Virus record (IMG/VR): IMGVR_UViG_3300031787_000001
Coordinates: 1-64,000 of that record
Length of the DNA stretch: 64,000 nucleotides
Reading direction: 5' to 3' (one strand)
Below the pieces are notes generated by a model, which saw only the letters and a list, made by a program, of their open reading frames with translations, did not search any database and was not told where the DNA came from. Position 1 is the first letter of the stretch, and every line of letters starts with the position of its first letter. This document shows positions 28,834-40,100 of this stretch, piece by piece. A program made the position numbers and the translations under genes.

Positions 28834-31362
28834 TTATTCGTTTATATCTTTAATTGTTAATATATCACTTGAATCGTAATATGATAATCTTTTATTTCCA
28901 CCTTGTCTTTCAAAAATATGACAAGTATATGATTCATATACAGATGGATTAGGACTTACGCCGGTTATTGTTATTACAATGTCACCATCACCGTCAGAAC
29001 CACCAATAGCGGAACCTAATATAGTAATTGTGTCTCCAACATTGAAAGACGTTCCTGATGAAACAAGTGACATACTTGTAACCTCACCACCAACAGGTGT
29101 AAACTGAAAGTCAGAACCAACACCGTTTCCACTATTTATAAATTTAGTAGGTTCAAAAAGTTCAATAATCTGTGTTGACCATGGATTATCCGTTCTATTA
29201 GTTCCTAAAGCAGTATACGTAAATGATGTTATAATACCATAATTAGTTGTAAAATCAGTCCCACTAACGTCTGTATCAATAACATTCCATTGGAAGTAAT
29301 CACCAATAGTGTTATTTTGGAAGTAATTACCAACTCTATTATTGTAAAAGTATTCTCCAATAATATTATTTTGGAAAATATCACCAATGTAGTTTTTCTG
29401 TGAGTTAAATCCTCCAAATCCGAAACCTTCATCAATTATATTATTTTGGAAGAAACTACCAATTTCATTATGTTGGAAATTTTGTGCAATTGTATTTCCT
29501 TGAAAAGCAGAACCTATGTTGTTACCAACAAATCCGTCACCGATAATATTACTTGTAAATCCATCCTTAATTATATTTGCAAAAACATTACCAAAAAAGT
29601 CATTACCTAAGAAAAATGAACCGAAAGAATTATCGGCACAAATCCCACTAAATTCATTTCCTGAAACACCCCAACCTGTTTTATTGGTGTAAAACTCTTG
29701 ATATATTATATTACCTTTAAATTCATTGAATATTTGGTTATCGTAGAAATGACCATATATTGTGTTATTTTCAAATCGTTCTCCAATGATATTGGTATAA
29801 AAATCTGAGTTTATTGTGTTATTATAAAAATCATGATCAATTTGGTTTTTATAAATCGATTCGTTAATTGTATTGTTAGAGAATCTAGTACCTATTCTAT
29901 TTTCATAAAAATCTCTACTAGAAGGATTCAAAATATCACCTAATGTGTTATTCTCAAAATATTCACCGATAACATTATCATAAAACACACAATAAAGGTT
30001 ATTATTGTTAAATCCGTTACCAATTAAATTTCCATTACCTCCCCAATAAATTTCATTATTATAAAATCCATTACCAATATCGTTTTTATAAAATTGTTGT
30101 TTAATTTTATTATTATTGAACTGACTACCTATTTCGTTATTTTGAAAGTCTCCTCCACTTATTTCATTATCTCGGAAATCATTCATAATATTATTTCTAT
30201 AAAAACTATTTTGGACTATATAGTTGTTATAAAAGTTTTCACCAATTCTATTATATTGGAAATTTGAGGTAATTCTATTATTAAAAAACTCATTTCCGAT
30301 AACATTAGCATCAAAGTCATCATCAGTAATGTTGTTAAAGAAATAGTTTCCAATGTTATTATCATAACAATCATCAAAAAATGTGTTATTATAACAACTA
30401 TGACCAAATTTATTACCTATAAATCTATTATGAAAAACATTATTAGCTAAAATAAAGTCATTTTCATTCTCTTGATATAAATTGGCATGATTACCAATAT
30501 AATTGTTATAATTACCAGTACCGTCAAAAGTATAATACTCTCCAAATAAAGAAGGGTCATCTACATTGTTTTGATAATAACTACCATATTCGTCCCAAAA
30601 GGTACCATACATTTTAGTATTTGGACCTAAAGTTACGGTTGTTAATCCTGTAATAGCCATTTCGGTATCACTTACAATATTTGTTACTTCAAAAACCCTA
30701 AAATCATTATTAACCGATTCAAAACCAATCTTATCGCCCACTATAAGAGTACTTAAGAAAATAGTATCAGTACCAAAAACTGTCATTTCTGTTGAAGAAA
30801 TATCCGCAACACTAACAGTTCCTTGATATGGATTGTTTAGTGAAACTTCATAGTATCTATATCTTTTGAATAAAATTGTTCTATGATCGTAATCAGTTCT
30901 GTTATTAAACTCATCAATTCTTTCTGTTATTCTACCTTTAGCTGGTGATCCAGTTCTTTCTGTCACATTAAATGTTATATCATACTTAATACTATCTTTT
31001 GGATAAGAAGGTTGATATGCGTTTTCAGATAAAGTTGAATTTGATGTTGCAAACACAATTATTGAGTCAATATCCGCAACTTTATAGTTATTTCCGACTA
31101 TGGAATTTTTATTGTAATCATAATCAGGTTGATCATAACAAGTTTGGAAATCTGTTATTCTATAATAAGAACCGGCAACAAATGTTGCACCTGTATATTT
31201 GTCATATAACTCTGAGTAAGTAATATCCTCAAATGTTAGATTATTAGTTATAGATGAAAAATCTATATGATATGTTGACCCACTTAATTCTACCGGAAAT
31301 AATGTGTCCGAAGTGGGATTTGCTAGATTAGTTAATTGACCGATGGTTTTTCCTGTTAACAT
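28834..31362 (-). CDS. Fibre/adhesin with a long N-x-I-G-x-x-F beta-solenoid
   Basis: Dozens of 9-10 aa Asn/Phe-rich repeats; N-terminus MLTGKTIGQLTNL is shared with the neighbouring gene; late motif at 31379-31386. Confidence 0.65.
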   Translation of the reverse strand: MLTGKTIGQLTNLANPTSDTLFPVELSGSTYHIDFSSITNNLTFEDITYSELYDKYTGATFVAGSYYRITDFQTCYDQPDYDYNKNSIVGNNYKVADIDSIIVFATSNSTLSENAYQPSYPKDSIKYDITFNVTERTGSPAKGRITERIDEFNNRTDYDHRTILFKRYRYYEVSLNNPYQGTVSVADISSTEMTVFGTDTIFLSTLIVGDKIGFESVNNDFRVFEVTNIVSDTEMAITGLTTVTLGPNTKMYGTFWDEYGSYYQNNVDDPSLFGEYYTFDGTGNYNNYIGNHANLYQENENDFILANNVFHNRFIGNKFGHSCYNNTFFDDCYDNNIGNYFFNNITDDDFDANVIGNEFFNNRITSNFQYNRIGENFYNNYIVQNSFYRNNIMNDFRDNEISGGDFQNNEIGSQFNNNKIKQQFYKNDIGNGFYNNEIYWGGNGNLIGNGFNNNNLYCVFYDNVIGEYFENNTLGDILNPSSRDFYENRIGTRFSNNTINESIYKNQIDHDFYNNTINSDFYTNIIGERFENNTIYGHFYDNQIFNEFKGNIIYQEFYTNKTGWGVSGNEFSGICADNSFGSFFLGNDFFGNVFANIIKDGFTSNIIGDGFVGNNIGSAFQGNTIAQNFQHNEIGSFFQNNIIDEGFGFGGFNSQKNYIGDIFQNNIIGEYFYNNRVGNYFQNNTIGDYFQWNVIDTDVSGTDFTTNYGIITSFTYTALGTNRTDNPWSTQIIELFEPTKFINSGNGVGSDFQFTPVGGEVTSMSLVSSGTSFNVGDTITILGSAIGGSDGDGDIVITITGVSPNPSVYESYTCHIFERQGGNKRLSYYDSSDILTIKDINE

Positions 31363-31400
31363 GATTTTTTCTTTTTAATATAAATATCTTTTTAAATGAA

Positions 31401-31423
31401 AAACCCTCTAATTTAGAGGGTTT
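31401..31423 (-). terminator. Intrinsic terminator
   Basis: AAACCCTCTA-ATT-TAGAGGGTTT stem with T/A tracts on both sides. Confidence 0.75.
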
Positions 31424-31428
31424 GTTTT

Positions 31429-32472
31429 TTATACTGTTTCAGCAACAAATTTAAATTTATATGTTTTACTTGGATATGTTGCAGGTATTATAATACCAAA
31501 ACCATAATATTCATTACTGTACGGGTTAAACACCGCATCAATTGGACCGGCATATGTTGGACCATTTGGATTAAGACTCAAATCAAGAACTGCACCGAGT
31601 GTATTTGAATCACCTATCTGAGTTGGATTATTAACAACAGAAGATCCTGGAGTTACTCTAGTTGTATATGTGTATGGATACCATTCAATACCAACGAGAT
31701 CACCACCAATATCAACCCCACCACCTTGAAGACCTGAAGAAGATCCGTTAGGAGAAACTTTTAATGCTTTATATATACCAACAAATAATCCATACTTACC
31801 ATCGGCTTCAGTGTCCAATATATTTGTTGTTACCGTTAATTTACTAATTGATTGTGGTGTTGAAAAACTGTGCCAATATTGACTATCAGGATATAAAATT
31901 AAACTTGTATCAACATTTATACCTGAACCAATACCTATTGATGGTGCTTGAAAATAATCGTATACACCGAAAGCCTTTGTTTCTGTTCCACCAGTATGAC
32001 TAATCTCAAAAATTGGATAATCCGCCACATTTGAACTTAATGGTGTTACAGTTGTTGACCAACCGCCAGGTAATGGATTTTCATAACATACAAAATCATA
32101 TGATATACCATCGTTAGGTACTCTAAAAAATCCGTCTACTATACCATTAATATCACCACCACCATTTGATGGGAATACTCTAATTGATCTATCGGATTTA
32201 TTAACAACACTAACTCTCTTACCTTTAATTGGTGTTGTGGGTAATTTTACTGCAAAATTTTCAGTTGTTGCTGTTGTTATTACATTAATACCGTAAACCA
32301 ACACCGCGGTTGTACCACTATCAACACCTTGTGGTATCAAATCTGAAACCTGTTCAACAAATCCTGAATATATCACATGATATGTTTGACCATCAAGTTG
32401 TACTGGTATAAGTGAATCTTGTGTGATTCTGTTTAAATTCGTTAATTGACCAATTGTTTTTCCTGTTAACAT
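31429..32472 (-). CDS. Fibre/adhesin-like virion protein
   Basis: MLTGKTIGQLTNL anchor; AVKLPTTPIKGKRVSVVNKSDRSIRVFPSNGGDIN resembles phage fibre domains. Confidence 0.6.
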   Translation of the reverse strand: MLTGKTIGQLTNLNRITQDSLIPVQLDGQTYHVIYSGFVEQVSDLIPQGVDSGTTAVLVYGINVITTATTENFAVKLPTTPIKGKRVSVVNKSDRSIRVFPSNGGGDINGIVDGFFRVPNDGISYDFVCYENPLPGGWSTTVTPLSSNVADYPIFEISHTGGTETKAFGVYDYFQAPSIGIGSGINVDTSLILYPDSQYWHSFSTPQSISKLTVTTNILDTEADGKYGLFVGIYKALKVSPNGSSSGLQGGGVDIGGDLVGIEWYPYTYTTRVTPGSSVVNNPTQIGDSNTLGAVLDLSLNPNGPTYAGPIDAVFNPYSNEYYGFGIIIPATYPSKTYKFKFVAETV

Positions 32473-32499
32473 TTTATTTTTTTTTATTTTTTTATACTT

Positions 32500-33681
32500 T
32501 TATTCAATAAATTGAAGATAAAATCCCTCACCGATTGAAATATATTCATTATTATCTGTTATTATTGGATCTACTAGAACTTCATCTAATGGTGGACACT
32601 GACAATCACCAACATAAGTTATAGTGTAACTTGGGAATAAATCTAAATAAAAAGTTCCACCTGATATACAACTATTATCAAAAGGTGTATATTCTGTAAC
32701 ACCAGAATTTATGAGATCATTTTTTTGTTGTCCTGTACAACAATCAGTCCAAAATACATATGTAGAATCTGTAGTTACATCAAATTGAACTGATGTATAA
32801 CAACCTGAAATCGGTGACAGACACGTACCTGATGTAACTATTGGTAAAGGATTTTGTCCCGGACCAGTTAATTCCCACGTAGTAACTAAATCAGGTGTTG
32901 CAACATTGTCGCTACTAAAATAATAACTAGTTCCTATATTTTTTATAAACCAAAATCCTCCAAATCCTGGCTCCCAAACTATAAAATTATTTTCATTTGA
33001 ATATGAATTTTTACCATCTACAATTCCCACAAATGTGTATGTACCATTAACAATAGATGATCCCGCATCGGACACACAAATTGGTCCAAATGGATCAATT
33101 GTAGGCGTTGGCGTTGGTGTTGGTGTATCTGTTGGTGTTGGTGTAGGTGTATCTGTTGGCGTTGGTGTTGGGGCATTAATTAAAAAGATTTCTGCAATAG
33201 AACCAAGAGGTGCCCCCGATAAAATCGGTTGACCAAATAAAACTTCACCGGTCAAATTACTATATTCTTCATTTATTGTGACAATTGTTTGTCCTGTTAA
33301 GTTTGAGTGATTTATTGTAACACCAGTAGAAATAGTCACCGAACCACCTGAAAATAAACTTAAAAACATTTCAAAATATAAAGTAACGTTACCACTAACT
33401 CTACGATTAGAAATTAAGTTAAATTTACCAATTATTGAACCGGGTAAAATTTCTGTTTCTAAACTTAATTCTAATGGTGTTGGATCGGGTACCAATAAAG
33501 AATATGTGTGATCATATTCCCCAAAGTACAAATCATATATACCATATGGGTTTGTGTCATAATAATTAAATGGAACTGTTTTGACACCCAAATTAAACGA
33601 TCCACCGGAAGTTGGATTAAAAGTAACATTTGTTGTTTTACCACTCAAATTATTACTTAATATTCTTGCACCTATTGCCAT
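32500..33681 (-). CDS. Virion surface protein with a short Pro/Thr linker
   Basis: [24 protein letters not shown] linker and Cys-containing C-terminal modules; late motif at 33695-33702. Confidence 0.6.
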   Translation of the reverse strand: MAIGARILSNNLSGKTTNVTFNPTSGGSFNLGVKTVPFNYYDTNPYGIYDLYFGEYDHTYSLLVPDPTPLELSLETEILPGSIIGKFNLISNRRVSGNVTLYFEMFLSLFSGGSVTISTGVTINHSNLTGQTIVTINEEYSNLTGEVLFGQPILSGAPLGSIAEIFLINAPTPTPTDTPTPTPTDTPTPTPTPTIDPFGPICVSDAGSSIVNGTYTFVGIVDGKNSYSNENNFIVWEPGFGGFWFIKNIGTSYYFSSDNVATPDLVTTWELTGPGQNPLPIVTSGTCLSPISGCYTSVQFDVTTDSTYVFWTDCCTGQQKNDLINSGVTEYTPFDNSCISGGTFYLDLFPSYTITYVGDCQCPPLDEVLVDPIITDNNEYISIGEGFYLQFIE

Positions 33682-33736
33682 TTTTTATTTTATTTATAAA
33701 TATCTTTAATTTACTATTTATTTTTTCATATTAAAT

Positions 33737-35203
33737 TTATTCCAAAATTTCGTGATTCAGATCACCGGTTGGTATTATCAAATAAGACAATTCTCCGTTA
33801 GGTATAATTGTATATATTGTATCGTTATTTGGGATTATTAAGTGTGTTAAGTTATTAGGTATTATTAAATAAGACAAATCCCCGTTAGGTAATATATTAT
33901 AATTTATATCGTTATTTGGAATTATTAGATATGTTAAATCATTTTTTGGTGCAAATATAAATTCATAATTTATTGTATATTGAGCATTAATTGTATTTGG
34001 AACAACATTTAATTGATCATAAGATGCTGTGGCATTTAATAAATTGTAATCATCATTCAAATTAACAATCGTACTTCCACTAGTACCATTTTGCTCTATT
34101 GATACTGAATTTGTTATTGTTATTGGTGATCCCGATATCACACCAAGATTATTAACAAAATTTAATGTTATAGATTCAAATAATGGTTTATCTGACGTTA
34201 ATATATATTTTGATTTAATAGATCCTGGAGTGAAAATTGCCTTAAGATTTAAATTAAAATTCGTACCTGAACCAATTAAATTATCATCACATTTAACACC
34301 ACAAATTTCAAAATCAAACTCATTCAGTCTGGTCATAAAATTATGATAAACCTGAACAAAATTTAACGGTTCTTCATAATATTTTATTGTTTTTATATTA
34401 AATTCAGAAACACCTTCGTGAATACCCATCATTAATGGTGTACCACCTCCCCATGATTGTATGAATGGTTGAACACCTCTATTTGAAGGTATTACCTCTT
34501 CAAAATCTTTTATTTTTGCAATAGGTCTACCATTTAAATATATTTTTAAAATACCCAATCTGTTTTTTCTTTCATTCGCCCATTTTCTGTTTAAAACTTC
34601 AGGATACGAATAATCGGGAGTGGCCCCCGTCATAACATCAAGAGGATTGTTATTTAATGTTCTACCGGTAATTAAATCATTCCAACCACCATCATTTTCT
34701 AAATTACAATCTGTTAATCTTTTATATCGGTCAAATGTTATTGTAATATTAAAATCTTTATTTAGATCTGTAACACATAATGGGTCCGTTTGACCATTTG
34801 TAACATAATAAGATTCGGTATACCCACTATTTGTTTGACATATACCCAAATAACGAATTGCAGACCATTTTATTCTACCATCATTTGTAAAACCAAAAGA
34901 TAGGTTATTGTCTGCATAATTTTTAATGTTGTCATCACCCCTAACACCAATATAATAAAAAATACTACCTTGTGACCAATTTAAACCCTCTCTATTGAAT
35001 ACAAAGTCAAGGGTCCATCCTTTTTCTGGTCTTCTTTTTATTATACCATCACAATTATCGGGACCGGCACCACTATCAATTTTAAACGCCCAAGGTTTTA
35101 CACCCGTTTTTGGGGCTTGTGAACAACAATTATCAGGATCAGATAATTTTTCCACACAATCAATAATAGAAACCGAAAATCCCGAAATATTTAATATTGA
35201 CAT
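33737..35203 (-). CDS. Virion protein, possibly LamG/ConA-like, with C-terminal 10-aa repeats
   Basis: GWTLDFVF...LKIYLNG...IKTIKYYEEPL pattern; C-terminal (L/I)xYxIIPNxD repeats; late motif at 35215-35222. Confidence 0.5.
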   Translation of the reverse strand: MSILNISGFSVSIIDCVEKLSDPDNCCSQAPKTGVKPWAFKIDSGAGPDNCDGIIKRRPEKGWTLDFVFNREGLNWSQGSIFYYIGVRGDDNIKNYADNNLSFGFTNDGRIKWSAIRYLGICQTNSGYTESYYVTNGQTDPLCVTDLNKDFNITITFDRYKRLTDCNLENDGGWNDLITGRTLNNNPLDVMTGATPDYSYPEVLNRKWANERKNRLGILKIYLNGRPIAKIKDFEEVIPSNRGVQPFIQSWGGGTPLMMGIHEGVSEFNIKTIKYYEEPLNFVQVYHNFMTRLNEFDFEICGVKCDDNLIGSGTNFNLNLKAIFTPGSIKSKYILTSDKPLFESITLNFVNNLGVISGSPITITNSVSIEQNGTSGSTIVNLNDDYNLLNATASYDQLNVVPNTINAQYTINYEFIFAPKNDLTYLIIPNNDINYNILPNGDLSYLIIPNNLTHLIIPNNDTIYTIIPNGELSYLIIPTGDLNHEILE

Positions 35204-35249
35204 TACATTTTTTATATAAATATCAATGAAATAAAAGATTTGATAATAA

Positions 35250-35278
35250 AAAACCCCACATAATACATGTGGGGTTTT
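35250..35278 (-). terminator. Intrinsic terminator
   Basis: AAAACCCCACAT-AATAC-ATGTGGGGTTTT perfect 12-bp stem. Confidence 0.8.
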
Positions 35279-35300
35279 ATTTTTGATTTTTAATCAAATC

Positions 35301-35891
35301 TTATACTGCTAATTTTTTAACATATATTGTTGTTGGGGCACCGTTACTATTTGACGGGAATGGTGCATTTATTGATGGATTTATTGAAACTGTATAATAT
35401 GTTGGTGAAGTAATGTTAACAATTGTATGACCATATATTATTTGATCGTCCGAAGTCTCTGTACTTGAATAATCTGAAATCATATTACCTACAGTCATTG
35501 CACCGTTAGATGTTGTTGAACTATTTAATCTAACACTAACGTCGATACTATTGAATAAGTCAAAAATATGTACACTTGAAGTTATTTCATAAAATCCAGG
35601 TTCTTTAAAAAATATTCTAGCACCTGTATTACCTGCTTGTGTTGAGTTAACTAATTCAAAAATATCGGTATTACTATTAAGAATGGTAGTGTCCCATCTA
35701 GGATAGTTTTCAACACCATTTGTTAAGTTAGCATAGTTTGTTGTCCAAGAAAAAGATGCAACTGCGGAATCTAAAAAAACAGATCTGGTTACTTTAAATG
35801 TTTCTGTTTCACCACTATTATTCATCACCACGTATGAACCAGTGGTGTCCCCTGTAAATAAGGGTAATTGACTTATTTTAACGTTAGCCAT
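35301..35891 (-). CDS. Virion protein with a C-terminal jelly-roll (C1q/BclA-like) domain
   Basis: MANVKISQLP anchor-type start; FFKEPGFYEITSSVHI...YYTVS; late motif at 35904-35911. Confidence 0.5.
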   Translation of the reverse strand: MANVKISQLPLFTGDTTGSYVVMNNSGETETFKVTRSVFLDSAVASFSWTTNYANLTNGVENYPRWDTTILNSNTDIFELVNSTQAGNTGARIFFKEPGFYEITSSVHIFDLFNSIDVSVRLNSSTTSNGAMTVGNMISDYSSTETSDDQIIYGHTIVNITSPTYYTVSINPSINAPFPSNSNGAPTTIYVKKLAV

Positions 35892-35939
35892 ATTCTTTTT
35901 TTATATAAATATCATAGATTTATGTTTTTTCAATTTTTT

Positions 35940-37166
35940 TTAATACAAACCTACTTGATAAAATGTTTTACCTGATAAAATTAATTTTTCGGTAGAACTT
36001 CTACCTAAAACAATATGTGTTTCGGTAATACCTGTATTTGAATAATTAACAGTTTGTCCTGTCCAAGGAGAAATATTTATGGCGTCTACAACATCATCTA
36101 TTCTATTGGCGTATCCAAAATATGTAACACCACCAATTAGTCCACCAGCAAATACCAACCCAACAATTTTTCTTGTTCCTGAAATATCAGCAACAAGAGC
36201 GGATCCCGAATCACCACCATTTATTGGATATGAACATATACTACCATTCGGTGTTGTAGTTGCACTCGCAATAAATTGTATACATCTACCAAATTGAACC
36301 ACAGTGTCGTTCCCCTGCTTAGTATATGCAATATTAATTGTTACAGGATATGAATTTGTTAAAAGTTTCATTTCACCTTCACCTTTAGATCCGGTCGTTC
36401 TACCCGCACTAAATAAATTGTTTTTATTTGTTAATAATCCGTCAATTTCAGAAGAAGTTGCAAATTCGAGTGGTTGCGTCCATCCGGTAACACCTTCCAT
36501 TAAATAAGAAGTACTTATGTTAATATCTGAAGAATTAATGGTTGTTAATGCAACATCTGCATAGTTTATTGAACCACTTGAAATTGGTTTATATTTTTTT
36601 ACTTTACCAATTGCATTATTTAAACTTGAATTACCCGATTCATTTGGTTGTGTAACAAAATCATTAAGTATTGATGTTTTTATTCCACCTAAACTTCTAT
36701 CTGAATTTAAAAATGCATCGTAAACTAAAACATGATTATTTGATACACCCACCAATGAATTTGTCTCGTTGTCAACAGCCAAAAACCCCATCGTCCCAAC
36801 AAACCCACTTAAATCACTAAAATTTGTTACAGATATACCACATTTTAAAGGTCTTATTTTATTTCTATTGGATGGAGGTGTTGTTTGCCAATTATAAAAA
36901 TCAGAAGGACATGTTAATGGTTTTATTTCCAATTCTACCACATCTGTTTTAAATGTCTCACCAGAATATGTTATGGTATTTGGGATTAAATCTTTTTCAT
37001 CCACTTGTTCTATCGGTAATTTTTTCGACACACTGAAAATCAATGATTTTTCTGTTGTTAATAAACCATTTTTTGTTTTATATCCATATCCAACACCAAT
37101 AACATTATCTGAAGTCTCTTGTTGATATTTTATTGTCAATTCATCCAATAATTTCATGTCTTCCAT
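35940..37166 (-). CDS. Trypsin-like serine protease (Nal1-like) with N-terminal prodomain
   Basis: Catalytic triad motifs SNNHVL, YADVAL and GDSGSAL, plus GRTTG and VGLVFAG. Confidence 0.82.
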   Translation of the reverse strand: MEDMKLLDELTIKYQQETSDNVIGVGYGYKTKNGLLTTEKSLIFSVSKKLPIEQVDEKDLIPNTITYSGETFKTDVVELEIKPLTCPSDFYNWQTTPPSNRNKIRPLKCGISVTNFSDLSGFVGTMGFLAVDNETNSLVGVSNNHVLVYDAFLNSDRSLGGIKTSILNDFVTQPNESGNSSLNNAIGKVKKYKPISSGSINYADVALTTINSSDINISTSYLMEGVTGWTQPLEFATSSEIDGLLTNKNNLFSAGRTTGSKGEGEMKLLTNSYPVTINIAYTKQGNDTVVQFGRCIQFIASATTTPNGSICSYPINGGDSGSALVADISGTRKIVGLVFAGGLIGGVTYFGYANRIDDVVDAINISPWTGQTVNYSNTGITETHIVLGRSSTEKLILSGKTFYQVGLY

Positions 37167-37169
37167 ATG

Positions 37170-40100
37170 TTATAAATTTGGTATAAAGATAAATAATGTG
37201 TTGACTGTTGAATCAATTATTAAAAAATCAGAATTTTCTGTTAATATATTATCCGAACCTTCCGTTGATAAATAATCTTCAGGGACACTTGTCGATGTTG
37301 GCGTTGGTGTAGGTGTTGGAGTTGGCGTCTCAGTTGGTGTAGGTGTACTAGTTTCAGTTGGTGTAGGTGTACTAGTTTCTGTTGGTGTAGGTGTACTAGT
37401 TTCTGTTGGCGTTTCTGTTGGTGTAGGTGTACTAGTTTCTGTTGGTGTAGGTGTACTAGTTTCTGTTGGCGTTTCTGTTGGTGTAGGTGTACTAGTTTCT
37501 GTTGGCGTTTCTGTTGGTGTAGGTGTACTAGTTTCTGTTGGTGTTGGCGTCTCCGTAGGAGTTGGCGTTTCTGTTGGCGTAGGTGTACTAGTTTCAGTTG
37601 GTGTTGGCGTACTAGTCTCCGTAGGAGTTGGTGTCTCGGTTGGCGTAGGTGTACTAGTTTCTGTTGGTGTTGGCGTTTCTGTTGGTGTCTCGGTTGGCGT
37701 TGGTGTACTAGTTTCAGTTGGTGTTGGTGACGGTGTTGGGTCAGGACACTCATCCTGTTCTAATGAAATATAATCACTATTCTCAGTTAATACATAAAAC
37801 CCATCTTCTTTTGTTAATAATTTTTCACAAGTTTCTATTGGTGTTGGTGTTGGCGTTTCAGTTGGTGTTGGCGTACTAGTCTCCGTAGGAGTTGGTGTCT
37901 CGGTTGGTGTTGGTGTTTCTGTTGCAGTTGGCGTAGGTGTTTCTGTTGCGGTTGGTGTAGGTGTACTAGTTTCTGTTGGTGTTGGCGTTGGTGTACTAGT
38001 TTCAGTTGGCGTTGGTGTACTAGTTTCTGTTGGTGTAGGTGTACTAGTTTCTGTTGGTGTTGGCGTTGGTGTACTAGTTTCTGTTGGTGTTGGCGTTGGT
38101 GTACTAGTTTCTGTTGGTGTTGGCGTCTCCGTAGGAGTTGGCGTTTCAGTTGGCGTTGGTGTACTAGTTTCTGTTGGTGTTGGCGTCTCCGTAGGAGTTG
38201 GCGTTTCAGTTGGTGTTGGCGTACTAGTCTCCGTAGGAGTTGGTGTCTCGGTTGGCGTTGGCGTAATAGTTTCAGTTGGTGTTGGGGACGGTGTTGGGGT
38301 CGGTGTTGCTGTAGGTGTAGGAGTAGGTATTGTCACATACACATAGTTAGTTGAAATTGTGAAACCACTTAAAGTTCCTCCTGTTGTATTAACAGTAATA
38401 TTTTCAAATTGAGATTCTAGTGTTAGTTCATTATAATTACCATTTGTTACGATTTGTGTCGTTCCACTTGTTGTACCACTTGATAATAATAATGTAACAT
38501 TATTAATTATCGGACTTCCAGTTGTGGTATATAATACCTCATCAAAATTTAAAGAAATGTCAAAATCATATTGTTGAAATATATATGTATTATAATTACT
38601 GATTATTGAACCTTCAGTATGTTCAGATTCAATAATTATTGTACCACAATTTCCATCTTCAAATATTATATAATCACCATTTTCAGTTGTTATTAAATTA
38701 CCATTTTCACCTTCAACTATTATTTCACATAATGGTAATGTAGGTGTTGGTGTTGGAGTTGGTGTTTCTGTTGGAGTTGGAGTCTCAGTTGGTGTAGGCG
38801 TTGGCGTACTAGTTTCAGTTGGTGTAGGCGTTGGCGTACTAGTTTCAGTTGGTGTAGGCGTTGGTGTTTCTGTTGCAGTTGGCGTTGGCGTACTAGTTTC
38901 AGTTGGTGTAGGCGTTGGTGTTTCTGTTGCAGTTGGCGTTGGGGTTGATGTTGCGGTTGGTGTAGGCGTTGGAATAGGTCCGGGTTCCGCACCAAAAATA
39001 CCCCATAAAAGATTTGTTCTAAATTCTATACCAGTAAATGTTAATGTTATTTGACTATGTGTACCTGGGAATCTTATAACACCATATCCTTCATTTGATG
39101 ATATTTTTTTATTTATTGGATCAACTATTAGTCCATTAAAACATGTCGGATAACATGGATCAAAATTAACAAAATCAACATCGGTAAAGAATGTTTGAGT
39201 TTGTGTCGGCGAACCTAAAGACCAAACACCTAATAATGCGTCTGTTATTTGAGGATTAAATGTAAAGGTTAATTGATTTGGACCCTCAACTAAATAGGTT
39301 ATACCAGTACTCGGTTGTGTAACATCAGTACATGTTAAACAATCTGTAAATTGTGCACTTTCTTTACTTACAATTCCCGATCCACTATAACTCACTGAAA
39401 CATCATGAGATTGTGTTGTTGTTATAATTTGACCTTCAGTAACACCTGTATTTATAAAATATTCCCAAACAATATTTTGAATACTTGGTGTTGGTGGAAG
39501 TGTAGGTGTTGGAGGAGTACAATCGTTTATCTCGGTATATATTATACTACCATCTTCTGTTGTTATAATGATATCATTTTCACCTGACACAACACCAATA
39601 CAAGTACCTATATTAGTGGTTATACCACCTTCATCATCAATAACACTTGATGCACAGAAATAAACCTGACTATTACCCGAAACTTCAATTGTGATAGGTG
39701 AAGAAGTTAAACAATCCAAATATGTTACAAAACTTGAACTTGGGAAAGTGTTATTTGCTAAATAACAATAACAATTAAGTATAGTAGGTGTTGGCGTTGG
39801 TGTAGGTGTACTAGTTTCTGTTGGTGTAGGTGTACTAGTTTCTGTTGGTGTAGGTGTACTAGTTTCAGTTGGTGTTGGTGTACTAGTTTCTGTTGGTGTA
39901 GGTGTACTAGTTTCAGTTGGCGTTGGTGTACTAGTTTCAGTTGGTGTAGGTGTACTAGTTTCTGTTGGTGTTGGTGTACTAGTTTCAGTTGGCGTTGGGG
40001 TTGATGTTGCGGTTGGAGTACTAGTTGCAGTTGGAGTACTAGTTGCAGTTGGAGTACTAGTTGCAGTTGGAGTACTAGTTGCAGTTGGAGTACTAGTTGC

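Noticed and set aside
37241-38995. His/Gln-rich ORFs 37241..37753 and 38720..38995
   Set aside because: Alternative-frame shadows of the Pro/Thr repeats, which lack stop codons.
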